Shown here piece after piece: positions 46,526 to 55,220 of a stretch of DNA of 64,000 nt. The notes beneath the pieces were generated by a model. It was not told the DNA's origin. It saw nothing but the letters and a program-made list of their open reading frames with translations, and made no database searches. The DNA comes from a virus, in IMG/VR virus record IMGVR_UViG_3300045973_000675, positions 15,145 through 79,144 of that record. One strand, 5' to 3'. Position 1 is the first letter of the stretch. Each line of letters begins with the position of its first letter. The translations under genes and the position numbers were made by a program.

Positions 46526-46597
46526 ATATTAGCTGTACGCATGTTGTTGTCAACATTAAAACCGCACTTGACACGAAAAAGACTTTGCCGCGATCCT
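46526..46597. promoter_or_regulatory. Divergent promoters (control region)
   Basis: - strand TTGACA-N16-TAATAT; + strand TTGACA-N18-GATCCT-N6-GTG; AT-rich. Confidence 0.7.
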
Positions 46598-46603
46598 TGC
46601 GTG

Positions 46604-46813
46604 GTGGGACGACCGCCAGCCGACAATCCTCTAGGAGAGCGAATCTTCTTCAGACTCGACGATTCGGACTACGCTCGCGCCGTCGCGCTGGCTCGGGAGG
46701 AATCGGAGAGACTTGGGATCGCACTGTCTGTCAACGCGTGGGCTCGGTGGCTCGTCAGGCAGGCGGTGGGCGGACGGGTCGATGTCAAGACGCCGTCACC
46801 GCGAAGGCGATGA
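46604..46813 (+). CDS. RHH-type regulator
   Basis: MGRPP...RIFFRLDD...SVNAWARWLV; leaderless. Confidence 0.65.
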   Translation: MGRPPADNPLGERIFFRLDDSDYARAVALAREESERLGIALSVNAWARWLVRQAVGGRVDVKTPSPRRR

Positions 46814-46875
46814 GTGGCCCCACGCCCGCACGCTATCCCGAGCGGCGCCTGCGTGGCAAATCGTAACGCGCATGC

Positions 46876-48702
46876 TCACCCCTGCACCGTCAGCAGCACC
46901 GTCCGGACGTTGGTGCCCTGGTCGCGGAAAGTACCGTCGGGAAGCTCTTCCCACGTGGTGGCGAGTGGGCGAAGCTCGGCTTGCTGGCGGGGGCCATCGG
47001 CACAAATCGCGACCAGGCGACCGCCGGGCTTGAGAAATTTCAGCGCGTGGCGAATGTGCTGGCAGTCCTGACCCTTTCCGAAGGGCGGGTTCATCAACAC
47101 GCGGCGGAACTTCGTCGACGCATCTTCGGGTTCCTCAAGCTGCAAAAAATCACAGGCAATGACATCAGCGTTCCCTTGCAGTCGGAGCGCATCCGCGAGA
47201 CGAACGTCAATCTCAATGGCGAGCGGCATCTCTGCCACCAGGCCACGCAGTGCTCGCAAGATATTCCCCGTCCCCGCGCTCGGCTCAAGCACGTGGTCCC
47301 CTGGCTCGATGCCGGCGAGTTCAACCATGCGGGCCGCCAGTGCCGGCGGGGTCGAGAAAAGCTGCGGTGCCGCCACGACCTGCACCCCGGCCTTGAGCGC
47401 CTGCTTGACCGCCTCGAATGGCGCGGCCTCTTGTGCCGCCTTCTCGCGCTCGGGTGCGTACGCTTTGCTAGCTTCCACCCGCGCGCGTGCCTCCTCGGTC
47501 TTGCGGGTGAGCAGCACCTGGCGGGCGGCTTCAATCTCGGCGGCCTTCGCCTTCACCACTTCGGCGCCGGGCCGCGGATGCTGCTTGGAGTCCGTCAGGT
47601 AGACCACGGACAGCCCGTAGCGCGCTCCCGGCCGGTGGAGCATCGCCGTCCTCAGTCGGTGCGTGCCGTCGGCGGAAACACAGGTGCCCTTGTAGTCGGC
47701 GTGGATTTTCGCCCACTCGGCCTTGGTGATGCCGACCAGCTCCACCTCGACGTCGTCCTCGGCGTTGCGCCGGTGATCGCGCGTCTTGACCCGGCCGCCG
47801 TAATTCAGGATTGGCAGCGCGGCCTTGGTCGGCTTCTTGGGTGGTGGCGTGTAGCCACTGCCGGCGAGGAGCGCGCGCTCGTAGGTCAAACGGTGATCGA
47901 TGTGGGCGATCCATCGGTTGGACTCGTCGATGATCCGCGCGTGGTTCTCCGAGTAGCGGGCTTGTGCGTCGGCGGCGATCATCCTGCCGCTTTCGATCTC
48001 GGACCACAATCCGCGCATGGAGCGATCGAGGTTCGCGATGTGGGCGGCGCGTTCCTGGAACGTGCTGGCCTCGCCGCTCGTCTTGGAGATGCTTCCATCC
48101 TGGTCTAGGCGCTGCCACAGGGCCAGGAACGACGCGCTGGCCTTCAGATCGCGCTCGTGGCTGCGCCGGTCCGCTTCGAGCTTCTTGATCCGGCGGGCCC
48201 GCACGTCCGGCCGCTCGTTGCGTTCGGCGTGCGCGAGGGTGCCAGCGGCGCGCGCGGCCCAGTAGGTCGACGTCTCCCAGAGCTTGACCGTGCGGCGCAT
48301 GCCGTTTTCGATCTTCGCGGCGTCGCGCTCGGCCCGGCGCTGAGAATGGTGACCTATCAAGATCGGCTGGCCAAATGGGATACCGTCCGCACGTGCCGAT
48401 ACCGCGGCGCGGGCTTGGTGCGCTTCGGCGGCGCGCTTGCCCCGGTAGTCGGAGAATCGCGAGGCGCGGGCGGCGGCGCGCTCTTCCAGGCTCGTGCTCT
48501 CCTCGTCGATGTCGCCGGCCAGCTCGACCAGCAGATCCTCGCGGGCGGGCGACCACACCGCGAAGAAAAGATCCTGCTTGGGCGCCCAGCCGAAGCCCGC
48601 TGCCTTCACGCGGGCGTAGGTTTCGGAGTCGAGGCGGGCACTGGCGCGCAGGCGGAGCTTGTCGTCGGAGCAATCAAACGTGGCATCAAAATCGGTGGTC
48701 AT
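46876..48702 (-). CDS. DUF3560 - adenine methyltransferase fusion
   Basis: GFGWAPKQ, GQPILIGHHS, FSTP, VLEPSAGTG, MNPPF. Confidence 0.88.
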   Translation of the reverse strand: MTTDFDATFDCSDDKLRLRASARLDSETYARVKAAGFGWAPKQDLFFAVWSPAREDLLVELAGDIDEESTSLEERAAARASRFSDYRGKRAAEAHQARAAVSARADGIPFGQPILIGHHSQRRAERDAAKIENGMRRTVKLWETSTYWAARAAGTLAHAERNERPDVRARRIKKLEADRRSHERDLKASASFLALWQRLDQDGSISKTSGEASTFQERAAHIANLDRSMRGLWSEIESGRMIAADAQARYSENHARIIDESNRWIAHIDHRLTYERALLAGSGYTPPPKKPTKAALPILNYGGRVKTRDHRRNAEDDVEVELVGITKAEWAKIHADYKGTCVSADGTHRLRTAMLHRPGARYGLSVVYLTDSKQHPRPGAEVVKAKAAEIEAARQVLLTRKTEEARARVEASKAYAPEREKAAQEAAPFEAVKQALKAGVQVVAAPQLFSTPPALAARMVELAGIEPGDHVLEPSAGTGNILRALRGLVAEMPLAIEIDVRLADALRLQGNADVIACDFLQLEEPEDASTKFRRVLMNPPFGKGQDCQHIRHALKFLKPGGRLVAICADGPRQQAELRPLATTWEELPDGTFRDQGTNVRTVLLTVQG

Positions 48703-48871
48703 GGTCTGGATTCTCCGGTGGTGGATTGCGGGGAGGTGGCCAGCCTCCGTTTGCAGCCCTCCCACTGAGCCTGCGTGCAGTGGGGCTCGCGGAAGTCCTG
48801 GCAGGCCTCAAGCTCGGGCGGGCAGTCCTGGACAATATGGGAGAGCACGAAGCGCACCAGCTCGGCCATTT

Positions 48872-49177
48872 CTACCACCTCTCTGGATGCGACTCGACCA
48901 GCACCGGCTGCGCATGGACCGCCAGCGAGGCAAAGGGCTGGGAGGAATCCTCGGCCGCAAACGGCGTCACGCTGGCCATGAGCGCCTCGGTTCGCTCATT
49001 CTCGATGTAATCGGCGAAGGCCGCGCCGAAGGGGAACTCGGGCTCGTCTTGAATCGAGGGCATCGGGGCGAACGCCCACGATGGCTGAGCGAGGGTCAAC
49101 TCGGGGCCGGCGACCTGGGCGGGTTGCGGGGCGGGCTGGGATAGAAGCGAGGCGAGAAGCGTCAACGTGGTGAACAT
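48872..49177 (-). CDS. Hypothetical protein with hydrophobic N-terminus
   Basis: GGAGG RBS; MFTTLTLLASLL. Confidence 0.5.
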   Translation of the reverse strand: MFTTLTLLASLLSQPAPQPAQVAGPELTLAQPSWAFAPMPSIQDEPEFPFGAAFADYIENERTEALMASVTPFAAEDSSQPFASLAVHAQPVLVESHPERW

Positions 49178-49206
49178 GGGATCCTCCAATCGAAGAAGAT
49201 GATCAA

Positions 49207-49287
49207 AGTATGAGGCGTAACCGTTACGTTGTCAGCAACTATTATGGTGATTTCCGTTTTCATCTATTCCGCGAAACGTGCTATCCT
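49207..49287. promoter_or_regulatory. Divergent promoters with a palindromic operator
   Basis: - strand CTGACA-N17-CATACT with CGTAAC-C-GTTACG in the spacer; + strand TG-C-TATCCT. Confidence 0.55.
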
Positions 49288-49295
49288 TCGATGGA

Positions 49296-49502
49296 ATGGG
49301 ACGCGCGAAGTCAGAAAAGCCCAAGAACACCGTGATTTGCTTTCGCCTCGACGACGAACAGACCGCGGCGTTCGATCGGAAAGTCGAAACGTTGGGATAC
49401 CCACAGGGGCAGCCTCTGCCGTCGAGGAACGACCTGGCCAGGCACGTGGTCGACGAATGGTCACACGCGGGCATACCCAAGAAGCCCAAGCCCCGCTCCT
49501 GA
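49296..49502 (+). CDS. RHH-type regulator
   Basis: MGRAKSEKPKNTVICFRLDD...SRNDLAR. Confidence 0.65.
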   Translation: MGRAKSEKPKNTVICFRLDDEQTAAFDRKVETLGYPQGQPLPSRNDLARHVVDEWSHAGIPKKPKPRS

Positions 49503-49538
49503 TCTTGCCCCCCTCCCCATCCCCGTCGACGATGGTGC

Positions 49539-50339
49539 ATGCCCTCCGGCCTCATCCTCGGCGGCTCGCTCGAAAGCGTTCCCGGCCTCGACATCACCAA
49601 CTGGCTCGACTATCCCGAGATGTGGGCGGTGCCCGGTGATGCCCGTCGTACTCGAGCACTCGACGACAGCCCCCGCGCCATCATCTGGCATTCGACCAAG
49701 GGCCTGCCGCACGATCGCGAAGACCCGCCCGCGCAGGTGTTGCCCGGCGCCGGCGCGACACACGGTCCCCGCCAATGCAGCTACGAGGTCTGGGACCACG
49801 CCGAGCGATGCCCGGGCGCCCACGCGGTGGTGGACCATGATGGTCACGTCTATCAGGTGGCGGACCCGCTCCTCGATACGACCTCATGGTGCCCGGCCTG
49901 GTCGCGCTGGGCGGTCAACGTCGCGCTCTACCAGGGGCGCGCGGGCGAAACCCACGAGACGCAGCTCGCGGCGGCGGTGCTGTTGACCGACCTGCTGACC
50001 CGTCACTTGTCGGTGCAGCGTCAAATTCCGCACCAATACCTTGGCCCGATCCCGCGGCTTGCGTCGGCCGCCAGCGACGTCGTGGGAGTGTTCGGGCATC
50101 GAGACGCTTCGAAGATCCGCGGCCCCGGTGACCCGGGCTCGCCGCTCTTCTACCGGCTGGGGATGGCCGGCTACGACGTGGTCGACTACTCGCTCATGGG
50201 TGACCGCTCGCTGTGGGTGCGGCGCCAGCGCCAGCACGGCATCGAGCCCGATGATGGCATCGCGGGACCGGAGACGGTTGCAGCACTCAAGGGGGCGGGA
50301 GTGCCACACGGGGTTTGGGTGCGGCGGCCGGGCGACTAG
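49539..50339 (+). CDS. Amidase_2 paralogue, probably catalytically impaired, with a PG-binding tail
   Basis: Co-linear with 53820..54620; IIWHST, GHRD, GDPG kept; SVGIE changed to AVNVA; DGIAGPET tail. Confidence 0.8.
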   Translation: MPSGLILGGSLESVPGLDITNWLDYPEMWAVPGDARRTRALDDSPRAIIWHSTKGLPHDREDPPAQVLPGAGATHGPRQCSYEVWDHAERCPGAHAVVDHDGHVYQVADPLLDTTSWCPAWSRWAVNVALYQGRAGETHETQLAAAVLLTDLLTRHLSVQRQIPHQYLGPIPRLASAASDVVGVFGHRDASKIRGPGDPGSPLFYRLGMAGYDVVDYSLMGDRSLWVRRQRQHGIEPDDGIAGPETVAALKGAGVPHGVWVRRPGD

Positions 50340-50510
50340 CACGCCAAGACGTGTATCCAAACCTGCCACATTGACTTGCGGACTAATTCAATCCGATTGG
50401 ATCGCCGAACACCGTACCGGCTAAGACCGCGAAATCACGTCCTGGCCCGCTTCTCGCAAGGGCAACCCGCGAGAGTTGCCTTCGCCGGCAGCTCCAAGAA
50501 AGGTCAACCA

Positions 50511-50696
50511 ATGCCAACGCGTAAGCATTTCAGGAAGGTTTCACTCGGAGATTTGGTCGCCAGTACCTATGACTTCGTCGCCCGGGGGAATCCCCCGATC
50601 ATCGGAGCATCCCGCCAGGTCGCTGGAATCTTGCGACGGCAGCTAAGAGGCAACGCAAAGGCCAGCGCGCTACTCTTTGGGGCCCGGGGCATCTGA
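50511..50696 (+). CDS. Small hypothetical protein
   Basis: MPTRKHFRKVSLGDLVASTYD; AAAGG RBS. Confidence 0.5.
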   Translation: MPTRKHFRKVSLGDLVASTYDFVARGNPPIIGASRQVAGILRRQLRGNAKASALLFGARGI

Positions 50697-50863
50697 ACGA
50701 AATGCCAACCACTCAACCGCACGACTACCGTGGGTCCTGGCGTCCACGGCGGTGCGCTCCATCGCGCTACGCCCTAGCTGAGCCACGCGACGACGACGAC
50801 GATGGAGCGGCCGACCTCACGGATGACGAGCCGGACGAGGGCAGGCCGCCGAGCTGATATCGC

Positions 50864-51196
50864 TCATCTGTTGCAGTCGTCGACGGCCGCGCAGGTCTCG
50901 GCCTGGACCGAGCACGACAAGTTCCACGGCAGCGGGCTGGTCTGGGCGTTGGCGCATACCTCGGAGCACGTCGCCTTGTCGGGCGTCGGCGTAGCCCACG
51001 AGCATCCGAGGTTCTTCCCGTGCAAGCAAACGCTCGCGCACGTCGCTGCTGCGGGCTTTGGGCACGGCTTCGTGTCGACGGGGCAAGGCGTGGTAGTCGC
51101 GCAGCCGGGCGCAAGCGCCATCAGGAGCGCGACGAGGAACCCGACGGCGGAAATCCAGAGGGTTGCTTTCACGTTGGCGAGTTGACGTTCGATCAC
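50864..51196 (-). CDS. Cys-rich lipoprotein
   Basis: Hydrophobic leader, LAPGC lipobox-like site, many Cys. Confidence 0.65.
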   Translation of the reverse strand: MIERQLANVKATLWISAVGFLVALLMALAPGCATTTPCPVDTKPCPKPAAATCASVCLHGKNLGCSWATPTPDKATCSEVCANAQTSPLPWNLSCSVQAETCAAVDDCNR

Positions 51197-52014
51197 GCTG
51201 CACCTCCCGAAAACATTGGCACCTTCGAGACCAGCCACAGGTCCGACGTCTCATCCCACGTGAGGTACGTGGGCGAGTACCAGTAGAACCCTTTGTTGCC
51301 AAACTCTGTTCCCCACGAGCCAGCGATCAGGTATCGCTTACCGTAGCGAGCGTCGCGCTCGAACGCGGCCACTACCTCCGCGTGCCCACCAGCAATCTCG
51401 TCACTAGGGCTGGGACGGTCAATGACGTCGGTCGGCTGTTCCGAGCAGAATCGCTTGGTCACCGAAGTCCCGAATGCCACGAGCTTCCCCGCGGTCAAGG
51501 CCTGCTCGATGACGTTCAGTCGGGCGTTCCCCGTTTCATCGATCTGGTGGTAGGCCAGGCCTGACTGCGCCCGCTGGTCAAAGGCATCATGCCAGCAGTC
51601 GAGCGACGGCCTCTGGCCGAAAGTCGAGATGTCGTAGGGCCAACGCGATTCCTTCGGGAAACCGTAGTTCGTCAGCTCGTCCATGACGGTGGCGAGATAG
51701 GTCCCGGTGTCATTGCCGAAGTTCCCGTTCGCGGCCAGGGCCAGCGTGTAGGCCCAAAGGCGCGCGAGGAATTCGACATCGGGCGAGGCGCCCGCGTACA
51801 ACATGGCGGCGCGGATGATCTGTGCGATGGCGTTGCAGGTGCATGACCCGAGCTGGCCCTGGTCGAGGATCTTCACGAGGTTCGAGCAGTCGGCCGAGTC
51901 GGCGGGTTGCACGCCGGCCAGCACGTGCGAGGCGCGAAGGCCGGCGTGGCGGAGGCGAGCGTAGACGCTGGGCTCGGGCTTGAGCCAGCCGAGAGCGCGC
52001 GTAGGTGCGATCAC
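51193..52014 (-). CDS. Papain-like (C1A) cysteine peptidase
   Basis: DQGQLGSCTCNA, GGHA, GSWG..FG.KG. Confidence 0.88.
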   Translation of the reverse strand: MIAPTRALGWLKPEPSVYARLRHAGLRASHVLAGVQPADSADCSNLVKILDQGQLGSCTCNAIAQIIRAAMLYAGASPDVEFLARLWAYTLALAANGNFGNDTGTYLATVMDELTNYGFPKESRWPYDISTFGQRPSLDCWHDAFDQRAQSGLAYHQIDETGNARLNVIEQALTAGKLVAFGTSVTKRFCSEQPTDVIDRPSPSDEIAGGHAEVVAAFERDARYGKRYLIAGSWGTEFGNKGFYWYSPTYLTWDETSDLWLVSKVPMFSGGAA

Positions 52015-52532
52015 AGGTCCCCTGTGTCAACGCCCATGAGATTCCCGGTGCGGGCCGCCCTCGCCGCCTGCAATTGCGCCTTGGCGTACGGCTGGGTCAG
52101 TGCCTGAATATCGAAGCCACCCCCGAAGGCAAACCCGATCACGCGGGACAGCCCGACGCCAGGGGCCTGCGTAAATTCTGCCGACACGCCAGCGCGGAAC
52201 TTGTTGAGCTTGAACAGCAGCGCAGGGGACAGCACGTTGGCGCCGAGGCCGCTCTGATTGAGCGCGAACGCCAGGCAGCCGTCGATGCCGAAGGCGTAGG
52301 GGGCCGACGGGTCACGGGTCACGCCGTAGCACACGCCTGGATTGATTCCCGCCTGGACTTTGCCGTCGGCGGTGATGCGCGTGAGGGTCACGGCGAGCGA
52401 TGGGCCGACACAGGTCAGGCCATCGGCGGAACACCAGCCGAGTTGAGGGGAAGGCGTTTGGGCGCTGGCATCGGGCGCGAACGCGGCGAACGAGCAAAGC
52501 AGGGCAGCAATAACGAGCAGTCGTCTGAACAT
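52011..52532 (-). CDS. Secreted / outer-membrane beta-rich protein
   Basis: Signal peptide MFRRLLVIAALLCSFAAFAPDASA; GGAGG RBS. Confidence 0.65.
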   Translation of the reverse strand: MFRRLLVIAALLCSFAAFAPDASAQTPSPQLGWCSADGLTCVGPSLAVTLTRITADGKVQAGINPGVCYGVTRDPSAPYAFGIDGCLAFALNQSGLGANVLSPALLFKLNKFRAGVSAEFTQAPGVGLSRVIGFAFGGGFDIQALTQPYAKAQLQAARAARTGNLMGVDTGDL

Positions 52533-52578
52533 GGGGAATCCTCCAAGGTGGGTTCGACTTGTGTCGATTAGCCACTTG

Positions 52579-52614
52579 AGGATCGCGCCGATTCGGCGAA
52601 TGCCTCAATTTCGG
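52579..52614 (-). promoter_or_regulatory. Recurrent promoter motif
   Basis: CCGAAA-TTGAGG-N18-GATCCT. Confidence 0.55.
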
Positions 52615-52623
52615 GCGGCGCGC

Positions 52624-52836
52624 CTATGGAATGAACACGGAGGCGGCCACGTGTAGCCGAATCGCTGCATCCTGCTGTTCCTGCTCAAGCCTGCGCAGAT
52701 CGCCCTTGTTTGCACTGTACAAATCTTCGCTAAAGCCAATCTTCTTTCGCATGGCTATCAGCGCGCGGTCAGCCTTAACAAAGGCCAGGGCTTCGCGCGC
52801 GAGCACATTCAAAGGGCCCAGTTCTTCCGTCGCCAT
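52624..52836 (-). CDS. Hypothetical protein
   Basis: 70 aa, directly after sspB. Confidence 0.5.
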   Translation of the reverse strand: MATEELGPLNVLAREALAFVKADRALIAMRKKIGFSEDLYSANKGDLRRLEQEQQDAAIRLHVAASVFIP

Positions 52837-52838
52837 TG

Positions 52839-53198
52839 CTACACCGCCCTCAGCTTCGCCCGCTTCGGCGGCGCCTCGACTCGCGCCGCATGCATGGGCC
52901 CCATGGCCAGCACCGCACCCCACGGGACGAACGTCGCGAAAGGTTCGCGCCCAAATGACAGCGTGGCCCGCACGCCTTCGTCGGTAACCTCCAGGTCGGG
53001 GATGGGGACTACGGGTTCGAGCTCGTACTGGAGCACCACGTGTGGACGTTCGCGCAGATGGGGCGGCAGCACGACGCCCGCGGCGCTTGGGTCAAGGGCA
53101 AGCGCCACGCCGTTGTGGCAGAGAAAATGGTTGAAGGCGCCAGCGGGGTCGTCGCCCCAGGATTCGATCTTCATCTCGGGCTGGGCGAGGTCGGTCAT
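52839..53198 (-). CDS. sspB: SspB-like ClpXP adaptor
   Basis: GVVLPPHL...VLQY...PIPDLEVTDEGVRATLSFGREPFATFVPWGAVLAM, and C-terminal KLRAV resembling the ClpX-binding LRVVK tail. Confidence 0.82.
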   Translation of the reverse strand: MTDLAQPEMKIESWGDDPAGAFNHFLCHNGVALALDPSAAGVVLPPHLRERPHVVLQYELEPVVPIPDLEVTDEGVRATLSFGREPFATFVPWGAVLAMGPMHAARVEAPPKRAKLRAV

Positions 53199-53599
53199 TG
53201 CGCTTTTCCTCCTGTTGAGACTTCGATCCCGCTGTCATCACACGGAACGCACATAAGCCCCGTCCGCTCGCTTCCATTGATCCTCACGGGTGGCGTCTGC
53301 CCGCGCAGCATGGCCAACTGTCGGCGTAGCTCTGCTATTTCGGTGTCCTTGTCATCGCACGACGTACACCGCCGAGCCCGGCGCTTCACCCGATGCCCCG
53401 CCACGTCGGCGGCTGTGCACAATGGGATGGTATCCACGTCAACGTCGTGTCGTTTGAGCTGGGCTAGAATCGCGCTGCGAAGCGCGGGACGTGGTGAGTA
53501 CCCGTCGAGCAGGTCAGACACAGTCCGATCGCTGGTTCGGCATGCCAGCGCAACGGCGGAGCGCAGTTGGGGATTGCGGCGGGCTTCGAGAGCCGTCAC
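53195..53599 (-). CDS. HTH protein with coiled coil and Zn motifs
   Basis: AVALACRTSDRTVSDLLDG...RSAI; CTSC, CVPC. Confidence 0.55.
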   Translation of the reverse strand: MTALEARRNPQLRSAVALACRTSDRTVSDLLDGYSPRPALRSAILAQLKRHDVDVDTIPLCTAADVAGHRVKRRARRCTSCDDKDTEIAELRRQLAMLRGQTPPVRINGSERTGLMCVPCDDSGIEVSTGGKAQ

Positions 53600-53757
53600 G
53601 CGCTTGCCCGTTGTTCCGCTGGCTCCATCTGCACCGGGACCGATTGCACGCTTCCCGAATGGTCAATCAGCACGATCTCGACCTTTCCGTTCGTGATTCG
53701 CACGCGCACTTCCTCTGTGTGTTCTCCAAGGGGGATCCGCTTCGATATCTGGCACAT
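53596..53757 (-). CDS. Small hypothetical protein (not in the ORF track)
   Basis: MCQISKRIPLGEHTEEVRVRITNGKVEIVLID; GAGG RBS; GTGA overlap. Confidence 0.45.
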   Translation of the reverse strand: MCQISKRIPLGEHTEEVRVRITNGKVEIVLIDHSGSVQSVPVQMEPAEQRASA

Positions 53758-53776
53758 GGCTTGACCTCGCTCCCGA

Positions 53777-53816
53777 TATACTGGGCGAGTGTCAAACGAT
53801 TGTCAAGCGAGTGTCT
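53777..53816 (-). promoter_or_regulatory. TTGACA promoter with direct repeats, driving the HTH-sspB operon
   Basis: TTGACA-N17-CAGTAT; GACACTCGC occurs twice. Confidence 0.55.
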
Positions 53817-53819
53817 AGG

Positions 53820-54620
53820 CTACGGCCGCGCCACCCACATGCCGGCCCGCTTCCCCGCTGCCAGCAGGGCATCCCTGGTCCCTCGCCCCGGCACACCGTC
53901 GTTCGCGATTCCCAGCACCGCCTGTCGCTGGCGCCAGGTGATGACATCCTCGCCCGTCTCGAAGTCGAAGGCCTCGTATCCGGCGGCCCGCAGCTTGTCG
54001 AAGATGGCGTCGCCGGGATCGCCCTTCCACCGTTTGTCTGACACGTCCCGGTGGCCAAACACGCCGGTGTCCTTGAGGTGGCCGGTCAACCGTGGGATGG
54101 GGTGCCCGTCGTACCGCGACGGCATCTGCCGCTGGATTCCCAGTCGCTCGGTCAGCCAGTCCACCACCCTGACCGCAACATCGAGCTGGCCGTCGAACAG
54201 CGAACCGTCGTGGGCCTGGACGATCTCGATCCCGACCGACACCCCGTTGGCCTGCTCGGCGTGGTAGGCGGCGGTCGCGATCAAGTCGGCGCAGCAGTAC
54301 ACCAGGCCGTCGAAGTCGACGATTATGTGGGCCCCACCGGGTCGGCTGTGATCGTGGGTCCAGTCGGCGACGATGCGCTCGCCGGCGCGCGACGAGCGGC
54401 CGAAGCCAGGCAAGATCGACTGCTCGCGCGGATCTGACTTACCACCGGGGATACCTCCCGTGGTGTGCAGGACAATGGCCCGCACCCATCGCTGCTCGTC
54501 CGCAGTCCTGGGCCGCTGGTCGTCGGGCGCCAGGCGCAGATTGGGATTGTCGAGGAAGTTCTGGACGATCAGCCTGTCCGGTTGCACGGGGTTGCCACTG
54601 AAAACGAATCCGCTACCCAT
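53820..54620 (-). CDS. Endolysin, N-acetylmuramoyl-L-alanine amidase with a PG-binding tail
   Basis: IVLHTT, GAH..VD.DG, AYHA..AN..SVGIE, GHRD, GDPG, DGVPG. Confidence 0.9.
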   Translation of the reverse strand: MGSGFVFSGNPVQPDRLIVQNFLDNPNLRLAPDDQRPRTADEQRWVRAIVLHTTGGIPGGKSDPREQSILPGFGRSSRAGERIVADWTHDHSRPGGAHIIVDFDGLVYCCADLIATAAYHAEQANGVSVGIEIVQAHDGSLFDGQLDVAVRVVDWLTERLGIQRQMPSRYDGHPIPRLTGHLKDTGVFGHRDVSDKRWKGDPGDAIFDKLRAAGYEAFDFETGEDVITWRQRQAVLGIANDGVPGRGTRDALLAAGKRAGMWVARP

Positions 54621-54622
54621 GG

Positions 54623-55201
54623 TCACCCTGCCTTTCGATGCACACACCTTGGCTCGACCACCTGCACCGCGGGTGCAACCGACACGACCGACGTCGCCCG
54701 CGGCCGCGCCGACAGCTTCCACAGCCGGCGCGCGTACTCGGCGATCAACAAGGCCTCCGCTCGACCGTCCAGCGCCCCACCGCGCGACCCGTACAGCATC
54801 GCCTGCGCCGATGGGAACAGCGCCTTGGCCATCCGTACGCTCGCGTCCTTGGTGTCCGAGGCCGGCATCCCCATCGTGATGGCGCGCTTCCAGGTTTGCG
54901 GTGAAACCATCATGGGGGCGATGCCCTTGGCCACGCATATGCCCCACGCGGCCCCACTCACGAACCCAAAAGCGTAGTCGCTCGCCGGAACAACTCTCCG
55001 GCCCTGCTTGTCGGCGTGGCTGCGGCTGTGGTTTTCCTCGATGCACACGACGGATCCCACGTGGAAGAGTGCCGCGAACGCAATGCCGTCGACCTCGCCG
55101 TGGAAGTCCAGCGGGACGTCGTCCAGGGCGAGAACGCGCTTGCTCTCATCGATGCTCGCGATGGCGCCGCCCTTGCCAGGGTCGTGGCCCGTGAATATCA
55201 T
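54623..55201 (-). CDS. RuvC-like Holliday junction resolvase
   Basis: GHDPGKGGA, CIEE, PQTWK, DGRAEALLIA. Confidence 0.88.
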   Translation of the reverse strand: MIFTGHDPGKGGAIASIDESKRVLALDDVPLDFHGEVDGIAFAALFHVGSVVCIEENHSRSHADKQGRRVVPASDYAFGFVSGAAWGICVAKGIAPMMVSPQTWKRAITMGMPASDTKDASVRMAKALFPSAQAMLYGSRGGALDGRAEALLIAEYARRLWKLSARPRATSVVSVAPAVQVVEPRCVHRKAG

Positions 55202-55220
55202 CCCCGCCACCACGGCATGG

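Noticed and set aside
50440-50495. c-di-GMP-I riboswitch
   Set aside because: A GGCAAC/GTTGCC hairpin is present, but the GCAAA-containing second stem and tetraloop receptor are not recognisable
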